DNA from: Squalus acanthias
Taxonomy: Eukaryota
Length of the DNA stretch: 64,000 bases
Assembly (NCBI GenBank): GCA_030390025.1
Contig: CM059447.1
Span: 2,604,001 to 2,668,000 of the forward strand
Reading direction: 5' to 3'
The stretch's first letter is position 1, and the number at the start of each line of letters is the position of its first letter. This document shows positions 55,127 through 64,000 of the stretch, in pieces. The position numbers were made by a program, and so were the translations under genes. Under the pieces are notes generated by a model. It worked only from the letters and a program-made list of their open reading frames with translations. It searched no databases and had not been told where the DNA came from.

Positions 55127-56270
55127 CTACTCCAGTAAGACAAAACAAAACAGCTATTTGCAACTCATGATGCTCTCAAAGCCAAAATGTCTTTAAAACA
55201 CAGATTTTTCAATAAATATATTTTTACATAGAATTTACAGCATCCAAATTAAGTGACATCAAGTTATACAGATACTCCCCCAAAAAAAACGATATACTTA
55301 AAAGTAAATAACTCTAAATTCATAGCAGAAAATCAGTGGCACAGAAGACTGACTAGTCCTTAAAGCTTTACATATTTGCTCCATTTAGGGTGCTGTATCC
55401 TACTAATGAGCCAAGGAATTTCACGTAACAGAGAAAAGATGAGCCTCAGGCTCCAACATTTTACTGTAACTGGGACATAAAGGAGGACCATCAATTGACT
55501 GGTGAGGACCTGGGCATCAACTTTTTATTTGGAATTCCTCCAGTTTGAAAAGGACTAATTGAACACTTTCCCATTAAGCTACAGAATCCACAATGTTAGC
55601 TAGTACACAAAGTGTAATTATTCTATCAGCACTGTGTAATTAGCAGGTTGACTCTTCTTATAGTGCTGTGCCCCAGAGAAGGCAGTGCTCTCTTTACATG
55701 AAATATGTTTATTATACTTTAAGTTGAAACAGAAGAGTTTCTCTCAAGTGAATAGAGGGAAACCATACACAAGATGCTAGTTAGACTAAATATTTGCACA
55801 TTGAAAGCATATACATTTTGCAGACACATCTGCTGGATTTAGGAATGTAATTAAATGCATTCTCCACATTTTCTGCGTGAACATGTTAGAGACAGTGAGC
55901 TTTATATAAGCTTTTTTAAAAAAATTAAAGTTTCTGATTTAAAAAGCTTTAAATATGAAAATTGATTTGTTACATGCTGCTAGTCTCACGTGAACTATTA
56001 ATCACAATCAACAGGTTAAGCACCTTTTCCTGACATTTTCTGAATTTATTGTGCATGAATATGCATGAATACAAATTATTCCAGCCTACTTTTCTCTGTG
56101 TGACAGAACAGTCAATCCAATCTTATCTTTCTGAAACCACCGCTGAAGGAGGGCTAGGAAATGTACCCAATCCCATATACCAGCTTCAATAAAGCCATCT
56201 GTGGCGAGCTGCATACCTGATGCAATATTAATGCCACATTCTCAAGTGCCATGTTGTTGGCACACCATAC

Positions 56271-56401
56271 CTGATGGGACTCCAGGGAATTGTGGGAAAC
56301 ATGCAGACATCTGGAAAGAGAATGCTGTTGTCCTTGATTCTGTCCAGGGCGTAATGCATTTCACAGAGGGGCAAGCGATTGAGTTGAAACTGAAGTTCAA
56401 C
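56271..56401 (-). CDS. HELZ: HELZ coding exon B ([44 protein letters not shown])
   Basis: Not in the ORF track; translated by hand. Acceptor ttcatag|GTT, donor AG|gtatgg; 131 nt, phase 0 to 2, in frame with neighbours. Confidence 0.93.
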
Positions 56402-56644
56402 CTATGAATTAATAAGGCAGTTGTCAGCAGTTCAAAAATACGTCCAATAAAAAGGCACCGATCTTATGTCACCTTCAGTACACAAACAGAGTCTTAAAAA
56501 TAAAGTGATATACTTTAAACAAATGAGACTTGGTATACAGTTTACTTGCACAGTATTTGATTTTAAATAAACTAACGAGGCTTTATCAGTACAGTACCAC
56601 TTCAAAAATTGGTTTTAGAAATATATTTTCATCCTCCCGCTGTT

Positions 56645-57170
56645 AAAAGGAAGGATATACTTGCCTTAGAGGGAGTGTAACTTAAGTTCACTCGACTGAT
56701 TCCTGGGATAAGGGGATTATCCTATGGGGAGAGATTGAGTAGACAAGGCCTATATCCCCTAAAGTTTAGCAGACTGAGGTGATTTCACTGAAACATATAA
56801 AATTCTCAAGGGGCTTAACAGAGTAGATGCTGGGAGGATGTTTCCCCTGGCTGGGGAGTCTAGAACTAGGGGTCACAGTCTCAGAACAACGGGTCGGCCA
56901 CGTAGGACTGAGATGAGGAGAAACTTCTTCATTCAAAGGGTTGTGAATCTTTGGGATTCTCTATCCCAGAGGGCTGTGGAGGCTCAGTCGTTGAGTATAT
57001 TCAAGACAGAGATCGATAGATTTTTGGACACTAAGGGAATCAAGGGATATGGGGATAGTGCGGGAAGGTGGAGTTGAGGTAGAAGATCAACCATGATCTT
57101 ACTGAATGGTAGAGCAGGCTCGAAGGGCTGAATGGCTTACTCCTGCTCCTATTTCTTATGTTCTAATGTT
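56645..57170 (+). mobile_element. CR1 LINE 3' fragment
   Basis: MFPLAGESRTRGHSLR...RVVNLWDSL; same subfamily as 32066-32504; tail ttcttatgttct. Confidence 0.9.
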
Positions 57171-59083
57171 ATGTAAAAGTGCCCCGCCTACAGTGTAGGA
57201 TGGTTTCAAAAGCAGACACAGTGAAACGAAGCAGCAGGTTATGAAAATGGCTGCTGTTTCCGCGACAAGGAGCTCCCAGCAACTGGAGAAGTTGGAGCCG
57301 AAAAACAGTAATTAAAATTGTTTTTCAAAACAACTTCAGGCAGGCAAACAGGAATAGATTTCAAAGGTAATACAAGTTAGTTTTACGCGACAAATTTGCT
57401 GTTGTGATTAACCATTCCTTCGGCAGCTGATTAGTGTTATAGATGGACTACAAGTGCACCAGAAAAGGAGATGGGGTCTGTATACCACCTTAATGGGCGC
57501 GGGGGGGAGGGGGGGACGACAAACACTTATCTTTGGGTTGCTCACTAAACCTTTGGATGCAAATGGGACCATCGCCCATCAAACTGAAGTTGCTGTGGTT
57601 CCAATCACGCTTACAACATTCACTTAACAGTTTAAGGAAACCAATATTATTGCCATTAGCTGTTGTATCGTAATGCAGTGGATGGAACAGAACAAGCAAG
57701 TGGAACTGACTATGCTCAACAATTGGGATTACGTTATAGACTGCAATACAAGCAAGGGTTCTAGGTAAACTCATCTATTATTCTCTAAGTAATGGGCTTT
57801 TAAAAAATATATAATTGCACACAGTTGTTTGAAAAAAAAAGTTTCTCTCGAGTAATATTTGCTGGTCCAGTAAAAGGCAGATTACTAGTTTATAACAAAG
57901 TGCAGTTTGTTTGCTTTTTGCAACATTGCAATAAGATGACATTTAAGATCAAATTTTAAAACATTGCTACATCAGTAGAATGTTTTACAAGCGCATCCAA
58001 AAACACATTGCCCTCCATCTCATAAAACTGCAGCCACAAACCCAAAAATGGAACTCTCATATTGATGCAGAGTAACTGGATATAAAATGAGCTTTCCATT
58101 CACTTTATGGTGCTCAAATATAATTCAAGTGTGATGGAGCACTTATCGACTCACCTCCAATCTCAAGCAGATTGGGTCTGTAAGATACTTAAAGGTTGAA
58201 AAATGACAGTCAATATCAAGTGTTGTGCGATATGAGGCAGTACAAAAAGGAGAGTTGTGTATTTATCAAAGCAAAATAATATAGGGAAAAAAGAAAAGAT
58301 CAAATGAAACCAGCAATGAAGTATCTTACTTTTATATTTATTAACCTATATATTGCACTTCAAAAGCCTTAACTGAAAACCAGCACAGCATGAATGAGGT
58401 AAAATTTTATACTGGACCATTTTACGTTATTTATTAACGTCCAGCTCCATATCTTCCCCATTGCATTTTTTAACATAGCCAGTTAAAATGTTAAACATTC
58501 AGTGCCCTAGACTAGTGCAGATTTTGATCGTCACTGCTGTCTGTATGCCAGTATCTTCTGACCTTTTCTGAAATCGATGTTCAAGTCAGAAACCTTTGTC
58601 CTTAATGTCAGTCGCATAAAAACACCTTATATAAAAACAAGTTATCTCGTTTTTAAAGCTTGATTCAAAGTTTATAATTTACACTCAACTGGTGAAATTC
58701 AGTTCAAAGCAAACTTTCCATCTCTTTTATTCTTCTTCCTCTTGCTCCAGTATCTATTCATATTTGATTAGGGAAAGAAAGAATGACTATCAAACCCTGT
58801 ACTAGGGCATGTCAGAGAATTAGTTATTTATTCCGACATGCAAACAGTTGGTGTAGGTTATATATTTATGTGCAATATGATTTTGCATTTAAATTCACTT
58901 TTGCTCTTTAAAAAAAAAATTTACTTTGGAAGTAGTTGTTTTCACTTTTGTGCAAGACAACTTCATAACCATATTTGAAGCCAAGCACACCGTGTTGAAA
59001 AACTTTGATTTGCTGTACTAATTTTCTCCCTTCTCCTCTCCTGAAGGCGCTGATTCTTGGCTGCGGTGTGTCTCCATGGGTAC

Positions 59084-59246
59084 CAATGGTCTCTATAAGC
59101 TGTGCGGCAGCACAGCTCTCAGCCGGTCCCACGCAGCCCAGGACCGGCTTTTCCAATGTTAAAGTTCGCGCATGCTCTAAACTGTGAATGGGCCACGCAG
59201 CCCCTTAATGGGGCCGCGCACACAAAAAAAATTAGGGGGAACATTG
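59084..59246 (+). mobile_element. hAT-type MITE, copy 4
   Basis: TIRs caatggtctctataagc...ttagggggaacattg; flanks atgggtac/atggacac (6/8); central cgcgcatgc. Confidence 0.75.
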
Positions 59247-59389
59247 ATGGACACCCTCTGGAAACTTGCCAAAGTAGCCTTGATTCATGTGTGAGCCTTG
59301 ATAATGAGGGTCAGCAGTCAACCAACAACACGAGTTATCACATACAAGCCTGATTCTGTCCTTGCCCGAAGTCCAAAGAAAAGAGAGAA

Positions 59390-59585
59390 TGGAGGGCAAT
59401 TTTCCCCTCCCTATTCCAGAAACAATGGAACCAGGTTTATCTCCCTGAATACAAAAGCAAAATACTGTGCATGCTTCAGCTAATATCAGATAATTCAGCA
59501 CAGATTGGACATCAAACCTGGCACCTTCCTGGTCTGTGCAACTCCACTGCCCCATTGTGTTAACCAGCTGGGTCATCGGGGGAAG
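59390..59585 (-). mobile_element. Old tRNA-derived SINE-like repeat, 5' part
   Basis: Minus strand gacccagctggttaa...gaccaggaaggtgccaggtttgatg...ctgtgctgaattatctgatattagc. Confidence 0.5.
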
Positions 59586-60738
59586 CTTTCAAGAGGTTAA
59601 CACCGTTAACCTTCGGAACTCAAGTTACAGATTCCGACAAGTACTACTCAGAGATTTAGATGATGATGGCAGCAATGCTTCTCTTCAAATCCAAGAGGTA
59701 CAATTCTTCTATTCCAGACATTTATTGCACGGTTTTGAACTGTGCAAATCACGCATTACAGTCATGGTAAAAGCACGATGTTAAAATCTGAAGACAATCT
59801 ACACAATACATAACAATGATACCTGGGGGGGTTTACAGCACTAAACTGAGACGGGACCAGATTGAATACTAGCATTAGGCAGTTTATAGAAATCACCTGA
59901 ACTTAAAAGTTCAAATAACCACAAATCCGTAAATCATTCCCTTCTTCTGTATATATTCTTTAAATATAATTTAATTTGCTTGTAGGTGGTTTTATTAATT
60001 TTTGAAGTCAATTTTAGTATAGTTCCTAATGTTTAATGAACATAGCAACTGTCAATCAGCTCCCTGTGTCTGACAAGGTCCAAAAAGGTATCAACTCCAT
60101 GAAGTGTCTTACAGCACACTAGTGTACTCAGGATGCAACATACTCCATAGAACACCCTCAGAAAAGGTGTTTCTTCCTGCAAGTGTACCTGTCTGTTTTG
60201 AATGGAACCGGGTAAAGTAAGAAAAATGGTGCATCATGGATGCTCCAATGCACTGAGTGACAGCACATAAGTTTCCATGAACAAATCCCTCACAACCAGG
60301 GAGGTCTCGATCTCAGCAAGACTGATCAACAGATGCTAAAAGTAAAGGCAAGGTGCTTCCCTATGGAGAAAGGGGCAGGGGAGGAAGGGAAAGAGGAAAA
60401 AGGGGCTAGTTATAGAGTGGCACAGTCAGGGGTCTGTTAGCAGATCACTCACCCATTCTATTGGCGAGAGGAAAAAGGTGCATGTAATGGGAAGCAGGGT
60501 GGAACATTGATGTTAAAATAATCACGTCAAAATTTCAGAATAAATATTCTAAGAAGAAAAATGAAGGCATCTAACATTTAAGTTTGTGTGTAAACAGCCA
60601 GTCTACTGTCAACAGGAAATATACTTTGTCCAGTATTTTTAAGAACACTAGCTATACCTTGCGGCAATGTACCAGCCACTTTATTACAAAGTGTATTAAA
60701 TATAAAACAAGCACTAGCACAGTCGGAACATAAATTAC

Positions 60739-61072
60739 CTGCATCTCTCGATCTGCTCGAAGTTTTAGCTCCTCACAACATTCCTTGGTCAGCCTCAAGT
60801 AAATGCATTCCTTAGTTTTTTCCTCAATCATGGCTTCATAAACCTTCTCTTTGGTTCCCTGGGCTTGCATGGACCTCTCTTTAGTTATTGGCAACAGCAA
60901 GACAGAATTGACTTTGGTCATTACCAATCGTCCAGCCAAAGTTTCTTCCGAAAGAGTCTCTGTGAGTTTGAAGCGAGCAAAAAGCTGTCCACTCTGAGCA
61001 TACTTAGCACCGCCTGAAACACCAGTAAGCATGAAGTTTGCTACCAGATATAAATTTACTTTAATGTTGAAC
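60739..61072 (-). CDS. HELZ: HELZ coding exon A (first in window; [31 protein letters not shown]...ADREMQ)
   Basis: Acceptor ttacag|G at 61072 and donor CAG|gtaatt at 60739; 334 nt, phase 2 to 0. Translation closely matches the vertebrate HELZ region upstream of the helicase core as I recall it ([27 protein letters not shown]). Confidence 0.93.
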
Positions 61073-61599
61073 CTGTAAGTTAAAAAAAAGTTACTTCATT
61101 AATAAGCTAACAAATTTTCAAGGCTTTATATCATGTTCAAAATTAAACCATGTTGATCAGATGTACAAACTCAACTGCCACATCAGCTTTTTTGTTAAGA
61201 AAAAAGATAGTTACATTGATGCAACATGTAACACGAGTAATTTTATTTTTAAAGAACTACATAAAACAGATGCATTTAAGATAGGAGCATACACCAGGCA
61301 ATTCGCTGGTGTAAGTCACTTGTTACCAAGTGCCAATCACCAACCATAATCCATTTTGTTTTTAATTTCTTCTTTTACCCACCCCGCCCCCACCCAGTGG
61401 CACCCACCAATTCCCAGGCCAAGAGGGCTGTCCAATGTCACCCTGTAACCAGACAAAGACATCTGTGGGAAGTATCTTCACTGAAATTACTTGATTTCAA
61501 GATCTCAGAAGTTGAGGCAGAGATCAAGACAGTGACACACATCAGGAAGGGAAGAGAGATTTATAGGGCAAGAGTTTCAGAAGGTTAGTCACCCAACTG

Positions 61600-64000
61600 A
61601 GAGATAGGGAGCTGGCAGTGGTAGAGGAAGGAAATGTGGCTACTCACAGGTCAGGGAAAGCGAGGGGGGACAGGCTAGAACAGAAATGCCCACGTTTGAA
61701 GCGCTGACTTCCTGTGGGGAAGGTGAAGACTCTGGGCAGGACCATCAAATAGATTGCAAAGAACAAAAGGTGGCTGATGGGAGGCGGAAATTAGCAAATC
61801 AGTTAGGAATACAGGAGTAATAGGAGACTCCGATAGTTTGGGGGTGGGCACCATCTTTTGCAGGCCAAAGCGTATCTTGGATTCTATGTTGCCTCTCAGG
61901 TGCGAGGTTAAGGGACAATTCAGAAAGACTGGAAGAGATTATGGAAAACAAAGGAGAGAAGCCAGTCATCATGGTCCATGTGGGAGCCAATAACATAAGA
62001 AAGGCCTGAAGTTCTGCAAAAGGTCTTCGAGATTAAGGACTTCATGGGTGGTAATCTCCAGATTATTCCCCAGCCACGTGCAATGATAGAGAAGGATAGG
62101 AAGATTAGGGAGCTCAAAATGTAGCTGATGGGTTGGTGTCAGGAAGAAGGTTTCCGTTTTATGGTGCATTGGCAAAGATGGGGAAGATGGAAGCTATTCC
62201 ACAAGGATCAGCTACATCTGAACAGGAAGGGAGCTAATGAACTGGTAAAATGGATAAACAGGGAAGTGCTCATTTAAACGAGGAGGCACAGAAAATAAAA
62301 GCCATCAGAAAGAACAAGTAGAGACGGTAGAAATAAATGAAGTTAATATGCAAATAAAAAAATTCAGTAAATAGGATAGTCTGCGGGAAGGAATAGAGCG
62401 GGCAGAATCATAGAATAGTACAGCACAGAAAGAGGCCATTCGGTCCAACAAGTCTGCATTGGCTCTTTCAAAGACCAATCCAGTTAGTCCTACTGCCCCG
62501 CTCTTTCCACGTATCCCTGTAATTGTTTCACTTTCAAGTATTTATCCAATTCCCTTTTGAAAGCTACTATTGAATCTGTATCCACCACCCTATCAGGTAG
62601 TGCATTCCAAATCAAACTGGCCAGTTATAAGCAGGAAAAAGGCAGCGAGGAACGAGGTGAGAGTTTAGACAACAACAGAATCAAAGAAAAACCAGTATTG
62701 ATAAATATGAAGCAAAAAATAAATAAAAGTGCATGTATTGCATTGCTCAGTGCGGGAAATAAACTGGGAGAATTCGAAGCAATTAGTTTCGAGGAAGATT
62801 GAGATTTAATGGCGTCAACAGAAACTTGGCTGCAAACTGGGCAGGAGTGGAAAATAACCATACTGGCTTATAATATTTTTAGAACAGACAGAATATGTAC
62901 GAAAGATAAAGAAGTAGCAATATTGGTGAAGTAGGGAATACGCGCTGTAGAGACGACTGATGTACACAAAACAAAGAGGTTTTGACAGAATCAATAAGGT
63001 TAGAGTTTGAAGATTTAAAAAGGATTGTTACATTAGTGGGGGCTGTACTACCGACACGCTAATTGTGGGAGGGGAAATGGAAGAGATTAGCTGTAGACAG
63101 ATCAGAGAGATGAGCAGGAATAATTAAATTAATCAATCTAGGAGCTATTAATTACCCACTCGCAGATTGGGACGGGAGAATTCTTAAAATCTGTGCAGCA
63201 CTCACTCTTTTTTCCAACAGTATGTACGTGTGTCTACAAAGGGAGAGGCGTTGCTAGATCGAGTTATGAGTAATGAAATAGATCAGGTAGATGAGTTAAA
63301 TGTGGGCGAGTACCTCGGGAGTAGTGGCCATTAGATTCGAAGATTTAAGTTCTGGGCAGAAAGGGAAAAAATAAGTTAAAAAAAGCAAGGGCACCAGATG
63401 GAATAGGGTAGATTGAGCTAAGTGAGATGGAAAGAGAAACTGCAACATCGGACTGTAGATCAGCAAAAGGAAATTGCGAAGTTGCAGAATAAATACACAC
63501 AGTTTAAAAAAGAGAGATTGGTTTGGGGGGTGCTGTTGATAAACAGGTTAGAAACAAACTAAAATTGAAAAAGCCATATGGGGCTGAGAGCGATGATAAA
63601 AATATGAAAAAATAAAGGAAGACCTTAAGAGAGGGATATGGAAAGCAAGGAGGGAGTATGAGAAGAGAAACTCAAAAAAAGTGAACAGTAAAGTATTCTA
63701 CAAATATATCAGTAAAAAGAGAAAGGTTAAGTGTGAGGTGGGACCCCTGAGAGGAGAGAATAGTGAGTCAGTGGAGGTTAAAAAAAATTTGGCATGGTAG
63801 ATTGAGCCAAGTGAGATGGAAAGAGAAATTGCAACATCGGACTGTAGATCAGATTTGGCAGGAATGAGGTGGGCCAGGTCGACCAAGTGTCTGTGGGAGA
63901 ACACTTGGGTACAAGTGATCACCGTATCATACGATTTAGATTAGCAATGGAGAGGAGCAAGGAACAATCTAGAGTGGAACTTCTAAACTGGAATAGGGCT
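61600..64000 (+). mobile_element. Degenerate CR1 5' region: ORF1 SGNH-esterase remnant and ORF2 endonuclease remnant; runs off the window
   Basis: VIGDS, CCLSGARLRD, VIMVHVGANNI and D.LHLNRKG (esterase); ETWL, IF.TDR, INYP..DW and LLDRVMSNE (AP endonuclease); many stops. Confidence 0.75.
62405..62613 (-). mobile_element. CR1 3' tail inserted antisense into the older CR1
   Basis: agaatcatagaatagtacagcacagaaagaggccattcgg...; same as 30286 and 36995 tails. Confidence 0.8.

Noticed and set aside
60652-60738. Hydrophobic C-terminal extension ([23 protein letters not shown]) suggesting a membrane-anchored isoform
   Set aside because: This is read-through of AT-rich intron past a canonical donor; nothing supports intron retention.

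Overview
This is eukaryotic, vertebrate genomic DNA, most likely from a cartilaginous fish (shark-type CR1, L2, RTE and Deu-domain SINE repeats; this is an inference). The window lies inside one gene on the minus strand: HELZ, a UPF1-like superfamily-1 RNA helicase. Ten coding exons (61072 down to 16901, 1752 nt) join in frame through canonical GT-AG introns and encode the helicase core (Walker A GPYGTGKT, Walker [25 protein letters not shown]). Neither gene end is in the window, and 1-16900 appears to be one intron. The introns are rich in transposons: truncated CR1, L2, RTE and another CR1-group LINE, Deu-domain SINEs, an old tRNA-derived SINE, a hAT-type MITE with 8-bp target-site duplications (TSDs), and a 40-bp minisatellite. 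The most notable structure is an ~400-bp inverted repeat, matching no repeat I recognise, that brackets exactly one frameshifting HELZ exon with a weak AAG acceptor. It is a candidate RNA-structure switch for skipping/NMD or back-splicing. Also notable are an RTE insertion with a twin-priming-type 5' inversion and intact 13-bp TSD, inverted young CR1 pairs around exons, and a MITE carrying the NRF1 palindrome. Repeat boundaries were read by eye and are approximate unless TSD coordinates are given.
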